64,000 nucleotides of DNA from the human T2T-CHM13v2.0 reference genome, Homo sapiens: NCBI RefSeq assembly GCF_009914755.1, contig NC_060939.1; one strand, given 5' to 3'. Below, in pieces: positions 1-15,836 of the stretch (positions are counted from its first letter, which is position 1; the number at the start of each line of letters is the position of its first letter). The notes under the pieces are model-generated. The model saw only the letters and a program-made list of their open reading frames with translations. It did no database searches and was not told the DNA's origin. Position numbers and translations under genes: made by a program.

Positions 1-3000
1 GAACCTATCTTTTGATTGAGCAGTTTTGAATCTCTCATTTTGCAGAATCTGCAAGGGGATATTTGGAGCCCTTTGCGGCCTATGGTGGAAAAGGAAATAC
101 CTTCAAATGAAAAGCACACAGAGGCATTCTGAGAAACTTCCTCGTGATTGTGCATTCAACTCACAGAGTTAAACCTATCTTATGATTGACCAGTTTTGGA
201 ACACTCTTTTCATAGGATCTGCAAGTGGATATTTGGCGTGCTTTGAGGCCTATCGTGGAAAAGCAAATAACTTCAGATAAAAACTATACAGAAGCATTCT
301 GAGAAACTTCTTTGTGATGTGTGCATTGATCTCACAGAGTTGAAAGTGTATTTTGATTGAGCAGTTTTGAAACACTCTTTTTGTAGAATCTGCAAGTGGA
401 TAATTGGGGAGATTTGAGGTATATTGTGGAAAAGCAAGTATCTTCATATAAAAACTATACAGAAGCTTTCTGAGAAACATCTTTGTGAGGTTTGCATTCA
501 ACTCACAGAGCTGGAACTATCTTTTGAGTGACCAGTTTTGAATCTCTCTTTTTGTACAATCTGCAAGTGGATATTTGGAGCGTTTTGAGGCCTACATTTG
601 AAAATCAAATATCTTCCCTTAAAAGCTACACAGAAACATTCTCAGAAATTGTTTGTCATGTGTGCTTTCAAATTACCAAGTTGAACCTACCTTGTGATTG
701 AGCAGTTTTGAATCTCTCTTTTTGTGGAATCTGCAAGTGGATATTTTTAGCCATTTGCGGACTGTGGTGGAAAAGGAATTATCTTCAAATCCATTCTACA
801 CAGAAGCATTCAGACAAACTTTTTGTGATGAGTGCATTGGTCACACAGAATTGAACCTCTCCTTTGATTGAGCAATTCTGAAACACTCTTTCAGAGGGTC
901 TGCAAGTGGATATTTTAGAGCTTTGGGACAATTGTGGAAAAGTAAATATCTTCACATAGAAACTACACGGAAGCATTCTGAGAAACTTCTTTGGAGGTGT
1001 GCATTCAACTCACAGAGTTGAACCTATCTTTTCATTGAGCAGTTTTGAATCTCTCTTTTTGTAGACTCTGCTTGCAGATACTTGGAGAGCTTTGAGGCCT
1101 ATTGTGGAAAAGGAATCATCTTCACATAAAAACACACAGAAGCACTCTGAGAAACTTCTTTGTGAAGTGTGCATTCAACTCACAGAGTTGAACCTATCTT
1201 TTGATTGAGAAGCTTTGAATCTCTCTTTTTGTAGAAGCTGCATGTGGATATTTGGAGACGTTTGTGGCCTATGGTAGAAAAGGCAATATCTTCAAATAAA
1301 AACTAGACAGAAGCATTTTGAGAAATTTCTCTGTGCTGTGTGCATTCATATCACATGGTTGAAACTACCTTTTGGTTGAGCAGTTTTGAATCTCTCTTTT
1401 TGTAACATCTGCAATGGATATTTGGAGCCCTTTGTGGTCTGTGGTGGAAAAGGAACTATCCTCAAATAAAAACTACACAGAAGTATTCCGAGAAACTTCC
1501 TTGTGATGTGTGCATTCATCTCACAGGGTTGAGCCTTTGGTTTGATTGAGCAGTTTTGAGACAATCTTTCCATAGAATCTGGAAGTGAATATTTGGAGAA
1601 CCTTGAGATCTATTTTGGAGAAGGAGATATCTTTATATGAAAACTGCACAGAAGCATTCTGAGAAACATCTTTGTGAGGTGTGCAATGAAGTCACAGAGT
1701 TGAAACTATGTTTTGATTCAGCAGTTTTGAGTCTCTCTTTTTGCAGAATCTGCGAGTGGATATCTGGAGAACTTGGAGGCCTATTTGGAAAAGGAAATAT
1801 CTTCACATATAAACTATGCAGAAGCATTTTGAGATTCTTCTTTGTGAGGTGTGCATGCAACTCACAGAGTTGAACTTATCTTTTCCTTGAGCACTTTCAT
1901 ATCTCATTTTCTGTAGAATCTGCAAGTGGATATTTGGAGCTCTTTGCACCCTGTGGTGGAAAGGGAACTATCTTCATATAAAAACTACAAAGAAGCATTC
2001 AGAGAAACTTCTTGTGATGAATGCATTCCTCACACAGAGTTGAACCTTTCGTTTTATTGAGCAGTTTTTAAACGATCTTTTTGAAGAATCACCAAGTGGA
2101 TATTTGGAGAGCTTTGGGGCCTGTTTTGGAAAATGAAATATCTTCAAAGTAAAACTACACAGAACCATTCTGAAAAACTTCTTTAAGATGTGTTCATTCA
2201 ACTCTCAGAGTTGAACCTATCTTATGATTGAGCAATTTGGAAACACTCTTTTTGTAGAGCCTGCAAGTGGATATTTAGAACGATTTGAGGCCTATTGTGG
2301 AAAAGCAAATATCTTCACATAAAAACTACACAGAAGCATTCTGAGAAACTTCTTTGGGATGTGTGCATTCAACTCTCAGAGTTGAACGTATCTTATGGTG
2401 GAGCAGTTTGGAAACACTCTTTTTGTAGAAACTGCAAGTGGATATTTAGAGCGATTTGAGGCCTACTGTGGAAAAGCAAATATCTTCACATAACAACTAC
2501 ACAGAGCACTCCTAGAAACTTCTTTGTGATGTGTGAATTCCACTCACAGAGCTGAACCTATCTTTTGATGGAGTAGCTTAGAATCTCTCTTTTTTTAGAA
2601 TCTGCAAGTCGATATTTGGAGCGCTTTGAGACCTAAAGTGGAAAAGAAAATATCTTCATATAAAATCTACATAGTGGCACTCTAAGAAACTTCTTTTTGA
2701 TGTGTGCATTCAACTCACAGAGCTGAACCTGTCTTTTGAGTGACCAGTTTTGCATCTCACTTTTTGTACAATCTGCAAGTGGATATTTGGAGCCATTTGC
2801 GGCCTTTGGTGGAAAAGGAAATATCTTCAAATAAAAACCACACAGAAACATTCTGTGAAACTTCTTTGTGATGTGTACATTCAACTAACAGTGTTGAACA
2901 TATCTTTTGATTGAGCAGCTTAGAATCTCTCTCTTTGTAGAAAATGCAAGTAGATATTTGGAGCCCCATTTCGCCCTGTGGTAGAAAACAAAACATGTTC

Positions 3001-6000
3001 ACATAAAAACTACACAGAAGCATTCTGAGATACTTCTTTGTGATGTTTGCATTGAACTCACAGAGTCGAACCTATCTTTTGATAGAGCAGTTTTGTATCC
3101 CTTTTTTTGCAGAATCTGCAAGTGGATATTTGGAAAGCATGAGGCTTATTGTGAAAAAGGAAATATCTTCACATAAAAACTACAAAGAAGCTTTCTGAGA
3201 AACTTCTTTGTGAGGCATGGATGCAACCCACAGAGTTGGACTTATCATGACCAGTTTTGAATCTCTCTTTTTCTCGAATCTGCAAGTGGATATTTGGAGC
3301 CCTTTGCAAGCTAGGGTGGAAAAGGAAATACCTTCAAATAAAAACTATATAGAAGCATTCCGAAAAACTTCTTTGTGATGTGTGCATTCATCTCACAGAG
3401 TTGAACCTATCCAATGACTGAGTGGTTTTGAAACACTCATTTTGTAGAACCTTCAAGTGGATATTGGGAGTACTTTGTGGCCTTCTTTGGAAAAGTAAAT
3501 ATCTTCACATAAAAACTACAAAGAAGCATTCTGAGAAACTTCTTTGTGATGTGTGCATTCATCTCACAGTGCTGGACCTTTCTTTTGATAGGGCAGTTTT
3601 GAAACACTCATTTTGTAGAATCTGCAAGTGGATATTTGGAGCGCTTTGAGGCCTAATGTGGAAAATCAAATATCTTCACATAAAAACTACACAGAGGCAT
3701 TCTGAGAAACTTCTTTTTTGTGTGTGCATTCAACTCACATAGTTGAAGTAATCTTTGGATTTAGCTGTTTTGAATCTCCTTTTTGCAGAATCTGCAAGTT
3801 GATACTTGGAGCCCTGTTTCACCCTATAGTTGAAAAGCAAATATCTTCACATAAACAAACAGTACAGAGAAGCATTCAGAGAAAGTCCTTTGTGATGTGT
3901 GCATTGAACACGCAGAATTGAAACTATCTTTTGATTGTACAGTTTTGAATATCTCTTTTTGTAGAATCTGTAAGTGGAAGTTTGGAGCAGTTTGCACGCT
4001 GTGGTGTAAAAGGAAATATCTTCATATAAAAACTACACAGAAGCATTCAGAGAGACTTCTTTGTGATGAATGCGTTCCTCACACAGAGTTGAATCTTCCT
4101 TTTTATTGAGTAGTATTGAAAATCTCTTTTTGCAGAATAACCAGGTGGATATTTGGAGAGCTTTGAGGCCTGTTTTGGAAAAGGAAATATCTTCAAATTA
4201 AAACCACACAGAAGCATTCTGAGAAACTTCTTTGTGATGTGTGCATTCAACTCTCAGAGTTGGACATATCTTATGATGGAGCAGTTTGGAAACACTCTTT
4301 TTGTAGAAACTGCTAGTGGATATTTAGAGCGATTTTAGGGCTACTGTGGAAAAGCAAACATCTTCACATAACAACTGCACAGAAGCACTCCTAGAAACTT
4401 CTTTGTGATGTGTGCATTCATCTCACAGTGTTGGACGTTTCTTTTGATAGGGCAGTTTTGAAACACTCTTTTTGTAGAATCTGCAAGTGGATATTTGGAG
4501 CAATTTGAGGCCTAATGTGGAAAATCAAATATCTTCACATAAAAACTACACAGAGGCATTCTGAGAAACTTCTTTTTTGTGTGTGCATTCAACTCACATA
4601 GTTGAAGTCATCTTTCGATTTAGCTGTTTTGAATCTCCTTTTTGCAGAATCTGCAAGTTGAGGCTTGGAGTCCTGTTTCACCCTATAGTGGAAAAGCAAA
4701 TATCTTCACATAAACAAACACTACAGAGAAGCATTCAGAGAAAGTTCTTTGTGATGTGTGCATTGAACACGCAGAGTTGAAAGTATCTTTTGATTGTACA
4801 GTTTTGAATATCTCTTTTTGTAGTATCTGTAAGTGGAAGTTTGGAGCTCTTTGCCCCCTGTGGTGTAAAAGGAAATATTTTCATATAAAAACTACACAGA
4901 AGCATTCAGAGAGACTTCTTCGTGATGAATGCGTTCCTCACACAGAGTTGAATCTTCCTTTTTATTGAGTAGTATTGAAAACCTCTTTTTGCAGAATAAC
5001 CAGGTGGATATTTGGAGAGCTTTGAGGCCTGTTTTGGAAAAGGAAATATCTTCAAATTAAAACCACACAGAAGCATTCTGAGAAACTTCTTTGTGATGTG
5101 TGCATTCAACTCTCAGAGTTGGACATATCTTATGATGGAGCAGTTTGGAAACACTCTTTTTGTAGAAACTGCTAGTGGATATTTAGAGCGATTTTAGGCC
5201 TACTGTGGAAAAGCAAACATCTTCACATAACAACTGCACAGAAGCACTCCTAGAAACTTCTTTGTGATGTGTGAATTCAACTCACAGAGCTGAACCTATC
5301 TTTTGATGGAGTAGGTTAGAATCTCTCTTTTTTTAGAATCTGCAAGTGGATATTTGGAGCGCTTTGAGACCTAAAGTGGAAAAGCAAATATCTACATATA
5401 AAATCTACATAGAGGCACTCTAAGAAACTTCTTTTTGATGTGTGCATTCAACTCACAGAGCTGAACCTATCTTTTGAGTGACCAGTTTTGAATCTCTCTT
5501 TTTTTACAATCTGCAAGTGGATATTTGGAGCCCTTTGTGGCCTATGGTGGAAAAGGAAATATCTTCAAATAAAAACTACACAGAAGCATTCTGAGAAACT
5601 TCTTTGTGATGTGTACATTCATCTCACAGAGATGACACTTTCTTTTGATTGAGCAGTTTTGAAACACTGCTTTTGTAGGGCCTGGAAGTTGATATTTGGA
5701 GGGCTTTGAAGTCTATTTTGGAAAAGAAAATATCTTCACTTAAAAACTACGCAGAAATACTGTGAGAAACTTCTTTGTTATGTGAGCATTCAACTCACAG
5801 AGATGAAACTATCTTTTGATTGAGCAGTTTTGAATCTCTCATTTTGCAGAATCTGCAAGAGGATATTTGGAGCCCTTTGCTACCTATGGTGGAAAAGGAA
5901 ATACCTTCAAATAAAAACTATACAGAGGCATTCTGAGAAACTTCTTTGCGATTGTGCATTCAACTCACAGAGTTGAACTTATCTTTTCATTGAGCACTTT

Positions 6001-9000
6001 CATATCTCTTTTTTTGTAGAATCTGCAATTGGATATTTGGAGCTCTTTGCACCCTGTTGTGAAAAAGGATATATCTTCAAATAAAAACTACACAGGAGCA
6101 TTCTGAGAAACTTCTTTGTGATGTGTACATTCAACTAACAGTGTTGTACCTAACTTTTGATTGAGCGGCTTAGAATCTCCCTTTTTTAAAAAATACAAGT
6201 AGATATTTGGAGCCCCTTTCGCCCTGTGGTAGAAAACAAAACATCTTCACATAAAATCTACACAGAAGCATTCTGAGAAACTTCTTTGTGATGTTTGCAT
6301 TGAACTCCCAGAGTCGAACCTATCTTTTGATAGAGCACTTTTGTATCTCTCTTTTTGCGGAATCTGCAAGTGGATATTTGGAAAGCTTGAGGCCTATTGT
6401 GAAAAAGGAAATATCTTCACATAAAAACTACAGAGAAGCATTCTGAGAAACTTCTTTGTGAGGCATGGATTCAACCCACAGAGTTGGACTTATCATTGAG
6501 CAGTTTTGAATCTCTCTTTTTGTCGAATCTGCAAGTGGATATTTGGAGCCCTTTGCAACCTAGGGTGGAAAAGGAAATACCTTCAAATAAAAACTCTATA
6601 GAAGCATTTCGAAAAACTTCTTTGTGATGTGTGCATTCAACTCACAGAGTTGAACCTATTTTTTGATTGAGCAGTTTTGAATCTCTCTTTTTGTAGAATC
6701 TGCAACTGGATATTTGGAGTCCTTTGCAGCCTATGGTGGAAAAGGAAATATCTTGAAAAAAAAAACTACACAGAAGGAGTCTGAGAAACTTCTTTGTTAT
6801 GTGTGCATTCATCTCACAGAGTTGAACCTCTCTTTGGATTGAGCAGTTTTGAAACCCTCTTTTTGTAGAATCTGCAAGTGGTTATTTGGAGCGCTGTGAG
6901 GCTTATTGTCTAAAAGGAAATATCTTCACATAAAAACTACACAGAAGCATTCTGAGAGGCGTTTTTGTGTTGTGTGCTTTCATCTCACAGAGTTGAAACT
7001 TTCTTTTGATTGAGCAGTTATGAAACAGTTTTTGCAGAATCTGCAAGTGGATATTAGGAGCGCTTTTCCTACTCTGGAAAAGCAAATCTCTTCACATAAA
7101 AACTACACAGAAGCATTCTGAGAAACTTCTTTGTGGTATGTGCATTCATCTCACACAGTTGAACTTTCTTTTGATTGAGCAGTTTTGTAACACTCTTTTT
7201 GTAGAATCTGCAAGAAGATATTTGGAGCGCTTTGGGGCCTACAGTGGAATAGGAAATATCTTCACATAAAGACTACACAGAAGCATTCTGAGAAGCTTTT
7301 TTGTGATGTGTGCATTCAACTCAGAGTTGAACCTTTCTTTTGATTGAGTAGTTTTGAAACACTCCATTTGTAGAATATGCAAGTGGATATTTGGAGCACT
7401 TTGAGGCCAACAGTTGAACAGCAAATATTTTACATAAAAACTACAGAGAAGAATTCTGAGAAACTTCTTTTTGATGTGTGCATTTATCTCACACAGTTGA
7501 ACTTCTCTTTTGTTTGAGCAGTTTTGAAACACTCTCTTTGTAGAATCTGCAAGTGGCTATTTGGAAGGCTTTGAGGCCTATTTTGGAAAATGAAATATTT
7601 TCACATAAAAAGTATACAGAAGCATTCTGAGAAACTTCTTTGTGATGTGTGCATTCAACTCACTGATGTGAATCTATCTTTTGATGAGCAGTTTTGAAAC
7701 TCTCTTTTTGTAGTATCTGCAGTTGTGTATTTGGAGCCCTTTGAGGCCTATGGTGGAGAAAGAAATGCCTTCACATGAAAACCCCACAGAAGTATTCTGA
7801 GAAACTCCTTTGTGATATGTGCATTCAACTCACAGATTTGAACCTATCTTTTGATGGAGCCATTTTGAAACTGTCTTTGTCTATTATCTGCAAGTGGATA
7901 TTTCTAGCCTTTTGTGGCCTATCGTGGAAAAGGAAGTGCCTTCACATAAAAAACAGACAGAAGTATTCTGAGAAACTTCTTTATGATGTGTGCATTCATC
8001 TCACAGAGATGAACCTTTCTTTTGATTGAGCAGTATGGAAACAATCTTTTTGAAGTATCTGCAATGAATATTTGGAGCACTTTGAGGCCTATTGTGTAAA
8101 AGGAAATATCTTCACATAAGAACTACACAGAAGCATTCTGAGAAACTTCGTGGTGATGTATGCATTCATCTCACAGAGATGAATCTTTCTTTTCATTTAG
8201 CAGTTTTGAAACACTCTGTTTGTAGAATCTGCAAGTGGATAATTGGAGCTCTTTGAGGCCTATAGTTGAAAAGAAAATATCTTCACATGAAATCTACACA
8301 GAAGCATTCTGAGAAACCTCTTTGTGAAGTGTGCATTCATCTCACAGAGTTGAACCTTTCTTTTGATTGAGCAGTTTTGAAAAACTCTTTTTGTAGAATC
8401 TGCAAGTTGATATTTGGAGCGCTTAGATTCCTACTGTGGAAAAGGAAATATCTTCACATAAAAGCTGCACAGAATCATTATGAGAAAGTTCTGTGCAATG
8501 TGTGCATTCATCTCACAGTGTTGAACCTTTCTTTTCATTCAGCAGTTTTGAAACTTTCTGTTTGTAGAGTCTGCAAGTGGATATTTGGAGCTCTTTGAAG
8601 CCTGTGGTGGAAATGGAAATATCTTCACATAAAAACTACACAGAAGCATTCTGAGAAACATCTTTGTTAAGTGTGCTGCATTAAACTAACAGAGTTGAAA
8701 CTATCTTTTGATTGAGCAGTTTTGAATCTCTCTTTTTGTAGAATCTGCAAGAGGATATTTGGAGCCCTTTGTGGCCTACGATGGAAAAGGACATACCTTC
8801 ACATAAAAACTACAAAAAAGATTTCTGAGGAAATTATTTGTCATGTGTGCCTTCATCTCACAGAGTTGAACCTTTGTTTTGATTGAGCAGTTTGGAAACA
8901 CTCTTTTTGTAGTATCTACAAGTGGATGTTTGGATTGCTTTGAGGCCTATGGTGGAAAAGGAAATATCTTCACATGAGAACTACACAGAAGCATTCTGAG

Positions 9001-9676
9001 AAACTTCTTTGTGATGTGTGCATTGAACTCACAGGTTTGAACCTATCTTTTGATTCAGCAATTTTGAAACTCTCTTTTTGTAGAATCCGCAAGTGGATAT
9101 TTGGAACTATTTGCTACCTATGGTGGAAAAGGAGATATCTTCACATAAAAACTACAGAGAAACATTCTGAGAAACTTCTTTGTGATGTATGCATTCATCT
9201 CCCAGAGCTGAACCTTTCTTTTGATTAAGCAGTTATGAAACAGTCTTTTTAAAGGATCAGCAAATGGATATTTGGAGTACTTTTAAACCTATTGTGTAAA
9301 AGGAGATATCTTCCCATAAAAACTACGCAGAACAATTCTGAGAAACTACTTTGCAATGTGTGCATTCATCTCACAGAGTTGAACCTTTCTTTTGATTGAG
9401 CAGTTTTGAAACACTCATTTTGTAGAATCTGCAAGTGGATATTTGGAGCTCTTTGTGGCCTATGGTGGAAATGGGTATATCTTCACGTAAAAACTATGCG
9501 GAAGCATTCAGAGAAACTTCTCTGTGATGCGTGCATACAACTCACAGAGTTGAAACTTTCTTTTGGTTGAGCAGTTTTGAAACTCTCTTTTTGTAGAATC
9601 TGCAAGTGGATATTTGGAGCCCTTTGTGGCCAATGGTGGAAAGGGAAATATTTTCACATAAAAACTACACAGAAGC
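1..9676 (+). repeat. Alpha satellite (ALR/Alpha) block 1: diverged A-type monomers with reshuffled multimer duplications
   Basis: ~171-bp periodicity of CATTCTGAGAAACTTCTTTGTGATGTGTGCATTCAACTCACAGAGTTGAAC...GGCCTATGGTGGAAAAGGAAATATCTTCACATAAAAACTACACAGAAG. The box position reads CTATGGTGGAAAAGGAA (pJalpha/A-type), not a CENP-B box. Confidence 0.98.
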
Positions 9677-9688
9677 CAACTGTCAAAT

Positions 9689-10723
9689 GAGGTGGCAGTC
9701 AAGATGGCCAAATAGGAGCACCTCTGTTCTACAGCTCCCAGTGTGAGTGACACAGAAGATGGGCAATTTCTTCATTTCCATCTGAGATACCTGGTTCATC
9801 TCAGTAGGAATTGCCAGACAGTGGGCGCAGGATAGTGGGTGCAGTGCACCATGAGTGGGCAGAAGCAGAGTGAGTCATTTCCTCACTTGGGAAGTGCAAG
9901 TGGTCAGGGAGTTCCCTTACCTAATCAAATAAAGGGGCAACAGATGGCACCTGGGAAATCCAGTCACTCCCACCATAATACTGCTCTTTTTCAATGGGCT
10001 TAAAAAATGGCACACCAGGAGATTATATCCCACACCTTGCTTGGAGGGTCCTACGTCCATGGTGTCTCACTGATTGCTAGCACAGCAGTCTGTGATCAAA
10101 CTACAAGGTGGCAGTGAGGCTGGGGGTGGGGCAACCCCATTGCCCAGGCTTGCTTAGGTAAACAAAGCTGCTGGAAAGCTCGAAGTAGGTGTAGCCCACC
10201 ACAGCTCTACGAGGCCTGCCTTCCTCTGTAGGCTCCATCTCTGGGGGCAGGGCACAGACAAACAAAAAGGCAGCAGTAACCTCTGCAGACTTAAATGTCC
10301 CTGTCTGACAGCTTTGAAGAGAGAAGTGGTTCTACCGGCACACAGCTGGAGATCTGAGAATGGGCAGACTGCCTCCTCAAGTGGGTACCTGACCTCTGAA
10401 CCCCGAGCAGCCTAACTGGGAGACACCCCTCAGTAGGGGCAGACTGACACCTCACACGGCCGTATAGTCCTCTGAGACAAAATTTCCAGAGCAAAGATCA
10501 GACAGCAGCATTCGTGGTTTACGAAAATCTGCTGTTCTGCAGTCACCGCTGCTGATACCCAGGCAAACAGGATCTGGAGTGTACCTCTAGCAAACTCCAA
10601 CAGACCTGCAGCTGAGGGTCCTGTCTGTTAGAAGGAAAACTAAGAAACAGAAAGGACATCCACACCAAAAACCCATCTGTATATCACCATCATCAAAGAC
10701 CAAAAGTAGATAAAACCACAAAG
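9689..10723 (+). promoter_or_regulatory. L1 5'UTR internal promoter (CpG-decayed) with YY1 core CAAGATGGCC at 9700-9709
   Basis: Lies directly upstream of the ORF1 ATG at 10724. YY1 motif AAGATGGCC is at its canonical place. CpG decay is visible: GTGTGAGTGACACAGAAGATGG here versus GCGTGAGCGACGCAGAAGACGG in young L1s. Confidence 0.85.
10471..10598 (+). promoter_or_regulatory. ~129-bp L1 5'UTR segment carrying the ZNF93 KRAB-ZFP target (deleted in late L1PA3, L1PA2 and L1HS)
   Basis: Extra sequence TCTGAGACAAAATTTCCAGAGC...CTCTAGCAAACTCC lies between CTCACACGGC.. and AACAGACCTGCAGCTGAGGG, which are nearly adjacent in L1HS. The 5'UTR is ~130 bp longer than the ~0.9-kb L1HS UTR. Confidence 0.8.
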
Positions 10724-11738
10724 ATGGGGAAAAAACAGAGCAGAAAAACTAGAAACTCTAAAAAGCAGAGTGCCTTTCCTCCTCCAAAGGAATGCAGTTC
10801 CTCACCAGCAATGGAACAAAGCTGGACGGAGAATGACTTTGACGAGTTGAGAGAAGAAGGCTTCAGACGATCAAATTACTCCGAGCTGCAGGAGGAAATT
10901 CAAACCAAAGGCAAAGAAGTTAAAAACTTTGAAAAAATTTAGACGAATGTATAACTAGAATAACCAACACAGAGAAGTGCTTAAAGGAGCTGATGGAGCT
11001 GAAAGCCAAGGCTCCAGAACTACTTGAAGAATGCAGAAGCCTCAGGAGCCGAGGTGATCAACTGGAAGAAAGGATATCAGTGATGGAAGATGAAATGAAT
11101 GAAATAAAGTGAGAAGGGAAGTTTAGAGAAAAAAGAATAAAAAGAAATGAACAAAGACTCCAAGAAATATGAGACTATGTGAAAAGACCATATCTATGTC
11201 TGATTGGTGTACCTGAAAGTGATGCGGAGAATGGAACCAAGTTGGAAAACACTCTGCAGGATATTATCCAGGAGAACTTCCCCAATCTAGAAGGCAGACC
11301 AACATTCATATTCAGAAAATACAGAGAATGCCACAAAGATACTCCTCGAGAAGAGCAACTTCAAGACACATAATTGTCAGATTCACCAAAGTTGAAATGA
11401 AGGAAAAAATATTAAGGGCAGCCAGAGAGAAAGGTCGGGTTACCCTCAAAGGGAAGCCCATCAGACGAACAGCCGATCTCTTGGCAGAAAGTCTACAAGC
11501 CAGAAGAGAGTGTGGGCCAATATTCAACATTTTTAAAGAAAAGAATTTTCAACCCAGAATTTCATATTCAGCCAAACTAAGCTTCATAAGTGAAGGAGAA
11601 ATAAAATACTTTACAGACGATCAAATGCTGAGAGATTTTGTCACCACCAGGCCTGCTCTAAAAGAGCTCCTGAAGGAAGCACTAAACATGGAAAGGAACA
11701 ATCAGTACCAGCCACTGCAAAATCATGCCAAATTGTAA
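10724..11738 (+). pseudogene. L1 ORF1p (RNA-binding chaperone), disrupted
   Basis: Starts MGKKQSRKT..., ends ...YQPLQNHAKL*. Frameshifts near 10935 and 11290. In-frame TGA stops at 11110 and 11170. ORF-track fragments 10724-10942, 11179-11373 and 11328-11738. Confidence 0.95.
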
Positions 11739-11801
11739 AGTCCACTGTGGCTAGTAAGAAACTGCATCAAGTAACGAGAAAAATAACCAGCTAACATCAT
11801 A

Positions 11802-15606
<3,805 letters not shown>

Positions 15607-15836
15607 GCGATGAGAACACATGGACACAGGAAGGGGAACATCACACTCTGGGGACTGATGTGAGGTGGGGGGAGGAGGGAGGGATAGCATTAGGAGATAT
15701 ACCTAATGCTAAATGACGAGTTAATGGGTGCAGCACACCAACATGGCACATGTACACATATGTAACTAACCTGTACAATGTGCACATGTACCCTAAAACT
15801 TAAAGTATAATAATAATAAAATAAAATATATTAAAA

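Noticed and set aside
1-5975. Assignment to the chrY DYZ3 34-mer because of one ~5.8-kb offset match
   Set aside because: Only about one monomer matches at that offset and the other offsets differ. Chromosome and species cannot be fixed without mapping.
10096-10140. L1 antisense ORF0
   Set aside because: The ATG is present (CAT at 10138-10140), but an apparent 1-nt deletion gives MGLPHPQPHCHLVV* (14 aa).
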